DNA of 64,000 nucleotides, from contig CBDETY010000003.1 of the NCBI GenBank assembly GCA_965243025.1, positions 5,280,001 through 5,344,000 on the forward strand, in the 5' to 3' direction. The notes under the pieces were generated by a model. That model did not search any database. It was not told the origin of the DNA and was given only the letters and a program-made list of their open reading frames with translations. The stretch comes from Candidatus Latescibacterota bacterium (lineage in GTDB: Bacteria; Latescibacterota; UBA2968; UBA8231). Position numbers and translations under genes: made by a program. Shown piece by piece: positions 36,844 to 46,000 of this stretch (its first letter is position 1; every line of letters begins with the position of its first letter).

Positions 36844-39186
36844 ATGCCGAGAAAAGCACAGCTGACCCAGGTCGGCAAGCACAAGCTCGAGATCTCCAAC
36901 CTCGACAAGGTGCTGTGGCCGCATGACGGCATCCTCAAGGCGGAGCTGATCGAGTATTACCTGAAGATCGCCCCGACCATCCTCGCCCACCTGAGGGGGC
37001 GGCCGCTGTCGTTCGTGCGTTTCCCCGACGGCATCGACGGCGAGAGCTTCTTCCAGAAGAACCGTCCCAAGTGGGCGCCGGGGTGGCTCGATCACGAGGT
37101 GATCGGAGAACCGGGCGACTCCCTCGACTACGTGCTCGCCTCGGACGAGGCCTCGATGGTCTGGATCGCCAACCACGCCTGCATCGAGGTCCATCACCTG
37201 CACTCGCGGCGGCCCCGTTTCGACAACCCCGACTACTTCGTCGTCGACCTCGATCCCCCGGAAGGGTACCCGTTCCCCGGCGTCGTCGAGCTCGCCTTCC
37301 GGGTCAGGGAGCACCTCGAGTCGCACGGCTACCACCCGTTCGCGAAGACCACCGGCCGCAAGGGGATTCACGTGGTGGCCCCGATCGAGCCGAAGTGGGA
37401 CTTCGATACGGTGTTCGCCGCGGCCAGGGGGATGTTCCAGCCGTTCGTCCGCGCCCACTCCGCGGCGACGACCCTGCACATCAAGAAGGAGGCGCGCCAG
37501 GGCAAGGTGCTCGTCGACGTGTTCCGCAACCGTCCCGCCCAGACCATCGTCGCCGCCTACAGCGTGCGCGGCTCCGCCGGCGCCCCGGTGTCGATGCCGT
37601 TGGCCTGGGAAGAGCTGGAGCAGCTCGCCGACCCGGGGGAGTACAACCTGCGCACCGCCGCCGACAAGGTGCTGAGCGAGGGAGACCCGTGGGAGGGGAT
37701 GGGGGCCTACGCCGTGCGTCTCCACACCGACCGCAAACCGGCGAAGAAGAAGAAAACCCCGGCAAAATCGAGAACCCACAAGACCCCGGACCAGCTCGTG
37801 TCCTACGCCGGCAGGCGCAGCTTCGAAAAGACCCCGGAGCCGGCCCCGGAGGTCGAGGGCGGGGACGGCAACGCCTTCGTCGTCCACCGCCACCACGCCT
37901 CCCGCCTGCACTACGACCTGCGCCTCGAGCGGGACGGGGTGCTCAAGTCCTGGGCGGTGCCCAAGGGGCTGCCGCCGCGGCCGGGCATCAAGAGGCTGGC
38001 GGTCCAGGTCGAGGACCACCCGCTGGAGTACCTCACCTTCGAGGGGCGCATCCCCAAGGGGGAGTACGGCGCCGGCCCGATGTGGGTGTACGCCCTCGGC
38101 CGCTACGAGGTCACCAACGACAAGAAGGACAGCTTCTACTTCCGCCTGCAGAGCCCCGAGCTGAGCGCCGAGTTCCGGCTGATCAACACCCGCGGCAAGG
38201 ACTGGCTGCTCGAGCGCCTCGACAACCCGCAGGTCGACTGGCTCGAGGAGTTCGTCGAGCCGATGCTGGCCGAGAACCGCGGCGAGGTGCCGGACCGCGG
38301 CGACTATCTCTACGAGCTCAAGTGGGACGGCATCCGCGCCTCGATCGCCCTCGACGAGGGGGAGGTGCGCATCCGCACCCGCAGCCGCCGGGACGTCACG
38401 GAACACTTTCCGGAACTGCTGCTGCCCGAGGAGGCGTTCCGCGCCTCGTCGGCCCTGTTCGACGGCGAGATCGTCTGCCTGAACGATCAGGGCCGGCCGG
38501 TCTTCACCGACGCGGTGGGCCGCCTGCATGCGCGCGGCGAGCGCGGCATCGAGAAGGCGCGGCAGCGCCACCCCGCCCACTGCTACCTGTTCGACTGCCT
38601 CTACCTCGACGGGCGGCCGGTCGTCGACGAGCCCCTCGACCGGCGCCGGGAGTGGCTGGAGAGCGCCCTCAAGCCGGAGTCCCCGTACCGGGTCAGCGAG
38701 GTGGTCGCCGACGGGCACGCCCTGTTCGAGGCGACGCGGCAGGCCGGGCTGGAGGGGATCGTGGCGAAGCTGCGGGAGGCCCCGTATCTTCCGGGAAAAC
38801 GCTCCGACAGGTGGCTGAAGATCAAGGTGCGGCAGACCATGGAGTGCCTGGTGGTCGGCTACACCGCGGGCAAGGGGGACCGCAGGAGCCAGTTCGGAGC
38901 CCTGCACCTGGCGACCCCCAACGGGAAGGGCCCGGGCCTCGACTACCTCGGCAAGGTCGGCACCGGCTTCGACGCAAAAACCATGACCTCGGTGATGAAG
39001 GTTCTCCGTCAGCTCGAAGAGAGTGAGCAACGGCCGATCGATGAAAAACCGCTGGACGACGCGCAGACCACCTGGATCGAGCCGCGGCTGTACTGCGAGG
39101 TGGAGTACGCGTCGTTGACCAACATGGGGACGCTGCGCGAGCCTGTGTTCGTTCGCCTGCGTCCCGACATGGAAGCGGAACAGTAG
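36844..39186 (+). CDS. ligD: NHEJ DNA ligase D (primase-polymerase, phosphoesterase, ATP-dependent ligase)
   Basis: RFPDGI, DLDP and KTTGRKGIH (Pol); HHASRLHYDLRLE...SWAVPKG (PE); ELKWDG, EGIVAK and WLKIK (ligase). Confidence 0.95.
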   Translation: MPRKAQLTQVGKHKLEISNLDKVLWPHDGILKAELIEYYLKIAPTILAHLRGRPLSFVRFPDGIDGESFFQKNRPKWAPGWLDHEVIGEPGDSLDYVLASDEASMVWIANHACIEVHHLHSRRPRFDNPDYFVVDLDPPEGYPFPGVVELAFRVREHLESHGYHPFAKTTGRKGIHVVAPIEPKWDFDTVFAAARGMFQPFVRAHSAATTLHIKKEARQGKVLVDVFRNRPAQTIVAAYSVRGSAGAPVSMPLAWEELEQLADPGEYNLRTAADKVLSEGDPWEGMGAYAVRLHTDRKPAKKKKTPAKSRTHKTPDQLVSYAGRRSFEKTPEPAPEVEGGDGNAFVVHRHHASRLHYDLRLERDGVLKSWAVPKGLPPRPGIKRLAVQVEDHPLEYLTFEGRIPKGEYGAGPMWVYALGRYEVTNDKKDSFYFRLQSPELSAEFRLINTRGKDWLLERLDNPQVDWLEEFVEPMLAENRGEVPDRGDYLYELKWDGIRASIALDEGEVRIRTRSRRDVTEHFPELLLPEEAFRASSALFDGEIVCLNDQGRPVFTDAVGRLHARGERGIEKARQRHPAHCYLFDCLYLDGRPVVDEPLDRRREWLESALKPESPYRVSEVVADGHALFEATRQAGLEGIVAKLREAPYLPGKRSDRWLKIKVRQTMECLVVGYTAGKGDRRSQFGALHLATPNGKGPGLDYLGKVGTGFDAKTMTSVMKVLRQLEESEQRPIDEKPLDDAQTTWIEPRLYCEVEYASLTNMGTLREPVFVRLRPDMEAEQ

Positions 39187-39344
39187 CTGCGGGGCCGCGG
39201 GCGTCGCGAGCCTTCGCCGGCAGGCCCTGATGGACTGCTTTACAAGGTGAGGCCGAGAAATCGGCGACGAAGACCGGTGCGAGATTAATGGACGGAGCGT
39301 GGAACGCGCGCCGCCACGGAACTGCTGAAAACAGGAGGTTCAAG

Positions 39345-40259
39345 ATGAACATGCGATCCCTGTGGAAGGGGCACATCAGGTTCTCGATGGTGACGATCCC
39401 GGTGCGGCTGTACAACGCCGTCGACTCGGGGTCGACCATCCGCTTCAACCAGCTGCACAAGGAGGACAACGGCCGCGTCGGCTACGACAAGAAGTGCAAG
39501 AGCTGCGGCGAGGCCCTGAGCAACCACGACATCGTCAAGGGGTACGAGTACGCCCCTGACGAGTACGTCATCATCGAGGACGAGGACCTGCAGAAGCTCA
39601 AGCTCGCCAGCACCCGGATCATCGAGATCGAGGGGTTCGTCGACGCCGAGGAGGTCGACCAGATGCTCTACGACACCCCCTATTTCGCCGGGCCCGACGG
39701 CGAGGTCGCCAAGAAGGTGTACGGCCTGCTGGCGGGGGCCCTGGAGGCCAGCGGCAAGGTCGGCGTCGGCAAGGTGGTGATGCGGGACCGCGAGGACATG
39801 GTGCTGATCGGCCAGCAGGAGGGCGGGCTCGTCATCTACAAGGTCCGCTACCCCGAGTTCCTGCGCAGCATCGGCGACGTCCCCGAGATCCAGGAGGTCG
39901 ACGTCGCCGCCGAGGAGCTGAAGCTGGCGCAGAGCCTCGTCGACTCGATGACCACCTCGTTTTCCGACATCGAGATGAAGGACACCTACCGCGAGGCGGT
40001 GAAGGAGCTGATCGACGCCAAGGTCGAGGGCCAGGAGATCGTCGCCGTCGCCGAGGAGGTCAAGCCGGTGGTCGACATCATGTCCGCCCTCAAGGAGAGC
40101 ATCGAGCAGGCGAAGACCGAGAAGAAGCCGATGAAGCGGGCCGAGGGAGAGAAGGCAGCAGCCAAGGCGAAGCCGAAAAAGAAGGCCCCCGCAAAGAAGA
40201 AGGCGGCGAAGAAGCCGGCCGCCAGGAAGCCGGCCGCCAAGGCGAGGAAGGTGGCCTGA
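39345..40259 (+). CDS. ku: NHEJ Ku protein with Lys/Ala-rich C-terminal tail
   Basis: WKGHIRFSMVTIPVRLY, IVKGYEY, DTYRE and DIMSALKESI; RBS GGAGG. Confidence 0.95.
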   Translation: MNMRSLWKGHIRFSMVTIPVRLYNAVDSGSTIRFNQLHKEDNGRVGYDKKCKSCGEALSNHDIVKGYEYAPDEYVIIEDEDLQKLKLASTRIIEIEGFVDAEEVDQMLYDTPYFAGPDGEVAKKVYGLLAGALEASGKVGVGKVVMRDREDMVLIGQQEGGLVIYKVRYPEFLRSIGDVPEIQEVDVAAEELKLAQSLVDSMTTSFSDIEMKDTYREAVKELIDAKVEGQEIVAVAEEVKPVVDIMSALKESIEQAKTEKKPMKRAEGEKAAAKAKPKKKAPAKKKAAKKPAARKPAAKARKVA

Positions 40260-40393
40260 TTTGCGGTCCCGGGGAACAACCTGCCGGATCGAAGGAGCAG
40301 CGTTGCGAGGTCTCGGCGTATGAATTCCAGGGAATATGCGGAACGGCATGCCGGCAGCCTTCTGAGTCGGCGGTCCGGAGGCGAGTCGGACAG

Positions 40394-41017
40394 ATGAGCA
40401 AGCTGCTTCCCTTCCCCGCGGCGAAGGCGCGCCGCCCCTCGAAGTTCGGGTACGAGCGCGTCCGCAAGCGGGACCGCAGGGACAGGAGCCAGCTCGACCT
40501 GTTTGCCGGGGGCGGCGGCAAGCTGATCGAGTTCCCGGCGGCGGGGGGGCCCGGGCCGTTCGAGGAGGCCCTGGCGCTCGAGGACGGCGGCGACGAGGGG
40601 GCGGCCCGCCGGCTCTACGAAACCGCGGTCGCCGAAGGAGACTCGGTGCCGGACGCCTACTGCAACCTCGGGGTGATCGAGTCGAAGGCGGGCGGCGTCG
40701 AGCAGGCCTTCGGCTGCTTCCGCAACGCCCTCAAGCACGACCAGCAGCACTGGGAATCCCACTACAACCTCGCCAACCTCTACTTCGACACCGAGGAGTA
40801 CCGGCCGGCCCGCGTCCATTACGAGCTGGCCGCCGAGATCGAGCCGGAGTTCCGCAACATCTACTTCAACCTCGGCCTCGTGCTGGCGATCGACGAGGAG
40901 TTCGAGCTCGCCATCGACGCCCTTTCGCGCTACCGGAAGCTCGCCCCCGACAGCGAGGCGGGGACGGCCGAGGACCTGCTGGAACATCTGAGACGTTCCC
41001 TCGAACAACAGGGCTGA
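40394..41017 (+). CDS. Tetratricopeptide repeat protein downstream of ku
   Basis: TPR repeats AYCNLG, HYNLA and YFNLG; N-terminal QLDLF. Confidence 0.85.
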   Translation: MSKLLPFPAAKARRPSKFGYERVRKRDRRDRSQLDLFAGGGGKLIEFPAAGGPGPFEEALALEDGGDEGAARRLYETAVAEGDSVPDAYCNLGVIESKAGGVEQAFGCFRNALKHDQQHWESHYNLANLYFDTEEYRPARVHYELAAEIEPEFRNIYFNLGLVLAIDEEFELAIDALSRYRKLAPDSEAGTAEDLLEHLRRSLEQQG

Positions 41018-41284
41018 GCGCTTCCTGCGGGGAGGCAAACCCGCTTCTGGTCGCACCGCGCGAGCTTGTTGTTCCGGCCGTCGGTCGCGGGCCGGCCGGG
41101 GGCCGGGCATTTCGAGATGCCGTGGTTTGTGGCAACCCTGAGTGCCCATGGCTTGGCGGTCAGTTATGGGGGGCGTTCCCTGAAACTTCGTGGCTACCCC
41201 GGTGCGCGGCCGACCTGGAGGCGGGGTGACCAGCGGCAACCCCCGGCGGCCCCGAGTCGCGGCCGGCACCGGGGTGACACCTCT

Positions 41285-42025
41285 CTACAGGTCGCGCCGC
41301 GCGAGGCTGAACTTCTGGCCGGTCGGTCCGGGGGCCGGCTGGGCCGCCAGGAAGAGGGCCAGGGGAAGGACGTCCTCCGGTTTCTTGTTCCACTCGACGA
41401 CCCCGAACCGCGAGATACTGCCCGGGGCCGCGGGGTTCAGGGCGGTGGCAACAGGGCCGGGGATCAGCTCGTTGACGCTGATGCCGTGCTCCGAGAGTTC
41501 CGCGGCCAGCACCCGGGTCAGCATCGACAGGCCGGCCTTCGAGCAGCAGTACGCCGAGTCCCCCGCGCAGGCCCGCTGCCCCATTCCCGAACCGATGGTG
41601 ATGATCTTGCCCGACCCCCGCGCCTTCAGGTGCGGGATGGCGGCGCGGGCGCACAGGCAGGCGCCGAGCAGGTTGACCTCGAGCACCCGCCACCATTCCT
41701 CCGGGTCGCTTTCCTCGACCGGACCGGAGGCGTTGGTCCCGGCGTTGGCTACGAGGATGTCGAGGCCGCCGAACGCCTCCACGGCGCCGCGCATCAGGCG
41801 GCCGGCCTCCTCCTCCCGGGTGACGTCGGTTTCAGCGGCGAGAGCGCGGCCTCCGGATTCGGAGATGGCCGCGACCGTTTCCTCGACCTGCGTCCGGGTG
41901 CGGGCGGCGCAGACCACCGCGGCCCCCCCGGCGGCGTACCCGGCGGCGATGGCCCGGCCGATGCCGCGGCCCGCCCCGGTGACGACGGCCACCTTGCCTT
42001 CGAGTGTGCGTCCGTCTGCGGTCAT
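41285..42025 (-). CDS. Short-chain dehydrogenase/reductase
   Basis: TGAGRGIG, ANAG and YxxxK (YCCSK). Confidence 0.92.
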   Translation of the reverse strand: MTADGRTLEGKVAVVTGAGRGIGRAIAAGYAAGGAAVVCAARTRTQVEETVAAISESGGRALAAETDVTREEEAGRLMRGAVEAFGGLDILVANAGTNASGPVEESDPEEWWRVLEVNLLGACLCARAAIPHLKARGSGKIITIGSGMGQRACAGDSAYCCSKAGLSMLTRVLAAELSEHGISVNELIPGPVATALNPAAPGSISRFGVVEWNKKPEDVLPLALFLAAQPAPGPTGQKFSLARRDL

Positions 42026-42110
42026 GGTTCCTCCTCCGATGGCTGGCTGGCGTTACGGTTCGTTCGCGCAGGAATAACCGGATCGCCGCAGGCGCGGGCC
42101 ATGCCGTAGC

Positions 42111-42262
42111 AGCCCGGTGATCAAGTTGCTCCGCAGGCGAGGCCGAGGCATGGTGGTGTCGAAGGCAAGGCGCGCGACCGAATCGAGGGATTCGGGGAGG
42201 AAGCGCAACGCCGAATACGGCCCGAGGGGGGGCGGCAGCCCCGATGGGTTTTCCAACGGGCC
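42111..42262. mobile_element. Degenerate MITE-like intergenic element
   Basis: Imperfect inverted ends AGCCCGGTG / CAACGGGCC; internal CAAGGCGC...GCAACGCCG motifs shared with the 13.6-kb MITE. Confidence 0.4.
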
Positions 42263-42526
42263 GGCAGGCAGCGGACGGAAACCAACCGGTCTGGAGAAAG
42301 GGAAGCGCGGCCGTCTGCGGTCCTCCCGGTGAGAGCTGCTGCACAACCGTTACCTTGTAAGATCCGGTGAAGGGCCATGCGGACCCGGCCGGTCTCGAGG
42401 CAGGCGGAAGAGGTTGGCCACCTTCCCGATTCTCTGTGGTTCGACGGCCCCCCTTGTCTCCGGCGGCTCAGGCGCCACGCCTGAAGCAACTCCATCGACT
42501 GACTGTTACCTGAAAGGAAGTCCCGA

Positions 42527-43786
42527 ATGCCCGGCGATTTCGAGAGCAACCTGAAGAAATACGGCGAGCTGGCGGTGCGGGTCGGACTCAACCTGCAGCC
42601 GGATCAGCGGCTGATCGTCCGCGCCCCGGTCGCCGCCGCGGAGCTGGTCCGCGCCGTGGCCGCCTCGGCCTACGACCTCGGCTGCCGCTACGTCGACGTC
42701 CTCTACGGGGACGAGCAGCTCGAGCTGATCCGCTTCGAGCACGCGGCGCGCGACTCGTTCGAGGAGTACCCGTCCTGGCAGGTCGAGGGCCTGGCCGGGC
42801 GCGCCAGGGAAGGGGACGCCTTCCTGCGCGTGACCGGCGACGACCCCGACCTGCTGAAGGGCCAGGACCCGGAGCTGGTCTCGCTGACCCGCAGGATCGC
42901 CTCGGAACAGTCGCGGCCCCTGCTCGACTACATCACCCGCATGGCCGTCAACTGGTGCGTGATCTCGGCGGCCGTGCCGCCCTGGGCGGCGCGCGTCTTT
43001 CCGGAGGCCCCGGCGGCGGACCGGGTCGGCCTGCTGTGGGATGCGATCTTCCGCATGTGCCGCGTCGACGCCGGCGATCCGGCGGCCGCCTGGAAGGAGC
43101 ACATCGACCGCCTCGAAAGGCGGCGCGAGCTGCTGACCGAAAAGGCCTACTCCTCGCTCCACTACCGCGCTCCCGGCACCGACCTGACCGTCGGCCTGCC
43201 GGAAGGGCACGCCTGGCGCGGCGGCATCGACCGCAGCTCCGCCGGCACCGTCTTCGTTCCCAACATCCCGACCGAGGAGGTGTTCACCATGCCCCACTGC
43301 CGCCGCATCGGCGGCAGGGTGCGCTCGACGAAGCCGCTGAACTACGGGGGTTCCCTGATCGAGGACTTCTCCGTCACCTTCGCCGGGGGCCGCATCGTCG
43401 AGGCGTCTGCCTGGCAGGGGGAGGATATCCTGCGCAACCTGCTCGACACCGACGACGGCGCCGCGAGGCTGGGGGAGATCGCCCTGGTTCCCCACAGCTC
43501 GCCGGTCTCGCAGTCCGGGCGGCTGTTCTACAACACCCTGTTCGACGAGAACGCCTCGAGCCACGTCGCCCTCGGCCAGGCGTACAACGTCTGTCTGGAG
43601 GACGGCGCCGCCATGGCGGAGGAGGATTTCTCCGCGGCGGGCGGGAACCGCAGCGTCGTGCACGTCGACTTCATGATCGGCTCAGGCGAGATGGATATCG
43701 ACGGGGTGCTGGCGGACGGCAGCCGGGAGCCGGTGATGCGGGGCGGCGAGTGGGCGGCGGAGGTGGAGGCGCCGGATCAGTCGTAG
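42527..43786 (+). CDS. Aminopeptidase, M29 family (AmpS/PepS/aminopeptidase II)
   Basis: NIPTEEVFT, LGEIALV, TLFDENASSHVALG and SVVHVDFMIG. Confidence 0.92.
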   Translation: MPGDFESNLKKYGELAVRVGLNLQPDQRLIVRAPVAAAELVRAVAASAYDLGCRYVDVLYGDEQLELIRFEHAARDSFEEYPSWQVEGLAGRAREGDAFLRVTGDDPDLLKGQDPELVSLTRRIASEQSRPLLDYITRMAVNWCVISAAVPPWAARVFPEAPAADRVGLLWDAIFRMCRVDAGDPAAAWKEHIDRLERRRELLTEKAYSSLHYRAPGTDLTVGLPEGHAWRGGIDRSSAGTVFVPNIPTEEVFTMPHCRRIGGRVRSTKPLNYGGSLIEDFSVTFAGGRIVEASAWQGEDILRNLLDTDDGAARLGEIALVPHSSPVSQSGRLFYNTLFDENASSHVALGQAYNVCLEDGAAMAEEDFSAAGGNRSVVHVDFMIGSGEMDIDGVLADGSREPVMRGGEWAAEVEAPDQS

Positions 43787-44847
43787 CGGTCGGGCAGCCC
43801 CAACTCTTCGAGCAGCCGCGCAAGCTCGGCGCTGGTCTCCGGGTCGAGGGGAATCCCCTCGCGCTCGCGCCGCCGGCGCTCGCGGTGGGAGCGCTCTCCC
43901 GGCACGAGGATCTCGTCGAAGCCCGGTGCCTTGCGCGAGGCCTTGAGTCCGGCCACCAGCTGCTCGACGGCCCCCTCGAAAACCGCGCGGGACACGAAGT
44001 GGCCGGGGTCGACCACGAGGGCGAACACCCCGTTGACGTTGTGGTCCTCCTGAGGCTGCAGGCCGGTGCTGGCGCCGGCGCCGCTGAGCACTCCGGCGAG
44101 CACGTCGACCAGCATGTTGAGGGCGAACCCCTTGTGGGCGGCGGCCGGCCCCCCGACCGGCAGCAGCGCCCCCTTGCTCCCGTCTATCGAGAAGTCGGCC
44201 GGGTCGCGGGTCGGCTCGCCCCCGGCGTCGATGAGCCAGCCGGCCGGAACGGGCTCGCCGGAGCGGGCCGCCATCTTGACCTTGCCGGCCGCGGCGACGC
44301 TCGTGGAGAAGTCCATGACGACAGGGTTCCCGGGCTGCCAGGGGATGCCGGCGGCGACCGGGTTGGTGCTGAAGAACGGGGCCGAGCCCCCCAGCGGAGC
44401 CACCGCGGGGTTTCCCCCCGCGTCGTTGACCATCATCAGGGCGACCAGCCCCTGCCGCGCCGGCTCGCCGACGTAGCTGCCGAGACGGGCGACGTCGGTG
44501 CAGTTGAGGATGGTCACGCAGCCGCACCCGGAGTCGCGCGCCTTCTCCGCGGCGATCTCGAACGCCCTGACGCAGGCGAGCGGGCCGAGGGAGAAGCCGG
44601 CGTCGAGGTGGGCGGAACCGGCGGACTCGCGCAGCAGCTTCAGCTCCCCCCGCGGCCGGGTCCGGCCCTGCCGCAGGTCGCTGGCGTACATCGCCACCCG
44701 CACCACCCCGTGGGAGTCGTACCCCGACAGGCTCGCCTCGCACAGGATGCCTGCCACCGCGGCCGCGTCTTCCGGCGGGACGCCGAGGCGTCCGAAGACG
44801 TCGAGCATCAGCTGGCGCAGGGAGGTGCTGGAGATGGTCCGGTTCAT
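43777..44847 (-). CDS. Ldh_2-family (type 2 malate/L-lactate dehydrogenase-like) oxidoreductase
   Basis: GYDSHGV, TNPVA, DFSTS, HKGFAL and PGER. Confidence 0.9.
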   Translation of the reverse strand: MNRTISSTSLRQLMLDVFGRLGVPPEDAAAVAGILCEASLSGYDSHGVVRVAMYASDLRQGRTRPRGELKLLRESAGSAHLDAGFSLGPLACVRAFEIAAEKARDSGCGCVTILNCTDVARLGSYVGEPARQGLVALMMVNDAGGNPAVAPLGGSAPFFSTNPVAAGIPWQPGNPVVMDFSTSVAAAGKVKMAARSGEPVPAGWLIDAGGEPTRDPADFSIDGSKGALLPVGGPAAAHKGFALNMLVDVLAGVLSGAGASTGLQPQEDHNVNGVFALVVDPGHFVSRAVFEGAVEQLVAGLKASRKAPGFDEILVPGERSHRERRRREREGIPLDPETSAELARLLEELGLPDRYD

Positions 44848-44959
44848 GGGAGCGGTCCTTGTATGGCTGTCATGTGGATGGTGGTTGCGCCGCGGCGGGG
44901 CGGCTACTCGACTATTGCATTTTCAGCGCCAAAGTGAATTAGCGGACTCCACTATTGCA

Positions 44960-45721
44960 CAACTGCGAATATGCAAGAGAAAGCTCAAAGACTACAAAGG
45001 AAAGGAACGGGCACTTTGGCGCGTGTTCGACCGGGTGAGCTTCGAGGACGTTATCGCCGCCGACCGGGTTAGTGGCGAGGATATCCTGTTGAAGCTCGAT
45101 TACCCGGCGTACTTCGACCTGCTTGAAATGCCGCTTCCTGACGGTCGTGACGCCATACTGCACGCATTGCAGAGAGATCGGCTCATTTCCCCCAGTGCAG
45201 CGGGCGGCTTCGACATCACGAACCTGGGCGCCATTCTGTTCGCCAAACAGCTCGGTGATTTCCCGCATCTGAAGCGCAAGGCCGTAAGGGTCATCCAGTA
45301 CCGCGGCAAGGGTCGGACGGAGACGTTCCGAGAACAGGAGGGTGGCAAAGGATACGCCTGCGGCTTTGAAGGTTTGATCGGATACATAGATGGCATACTG
45401 CCGGCTAACGAGATGATCGGGAAGGCCTTGCGAAGGTCAGTGCCGATGTTCCCCGACCTGGCCATCCGCGAGCTCGTAGCCAACGCGCTCATCCACCAGG
45501 ACTTCTCCGTCACCGGTGCGGGACCGATGATCGAGATCTTCGATGACCGCATTGAGATTACCAACCCAGGTGAGCCGCTTGTGGATACGCAACGCTTTCT
45601 CGACACACCGCGCAGGTCCCGAAACGAGACACTGGCTTCCCTGATGCGCCGAGCTCGCATCTGTGAGGAACGAGGCAGCGGGGTCGACAAGGTTGTCTTG
45701 CAGGTGGAGTTCTGGGCCTGA
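44960..45721 (-). pseudogene. PLACEHOLDER
   Basis: Entry retracted; see the + strand feature at the same coordinates. Confidence 0.
44960..45721 (+). pseudogene. Fragment of an AlbA/RecG-C-like (HATPase_c_4) ATP-binding regulator; 5' end approximate
   Basis: RELVANALIHQDF, IEIFDDRIEITNPG and RN...EERGSG; no credible start codon or N-terminal domain; ends abruptly at VEFWA*; more AT-rich than its neighbours. Confidence 0.7.
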
Positions 45722-46000
45722 CGTCCCGGGCCGGAGAACGCCTCGCGGAGGTCGTCAAAAACGTGACGCGCAATCGGTGTCGAGTCTCCGACCTGATTGG
45801 CAGGTAATTGATCGAGAACCGTCAGACAGTCCTTGAAATTCCGTAACTAACTGATTTTTCTGTAGTTGCTAAATTGACGGGTAATTGACGGGAAGTGCTT
45901 TATGACCATCGACATCAGCGAATAAAGGCTCGGGCACGGGCGGCATCAGCCCAAGCTCTCTACGACCCCTTCCCGGAGAACGAGAAGGCCCGGCTCGGTC

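Noticed and set aside
44960-45721. Minus-strand feature entry labelled PLACEHOLDER (confidence 0)
   Set aside because: Entered in error; the homology is on the + strand only and is described in the following feature. Ignore the minus-strand entry.
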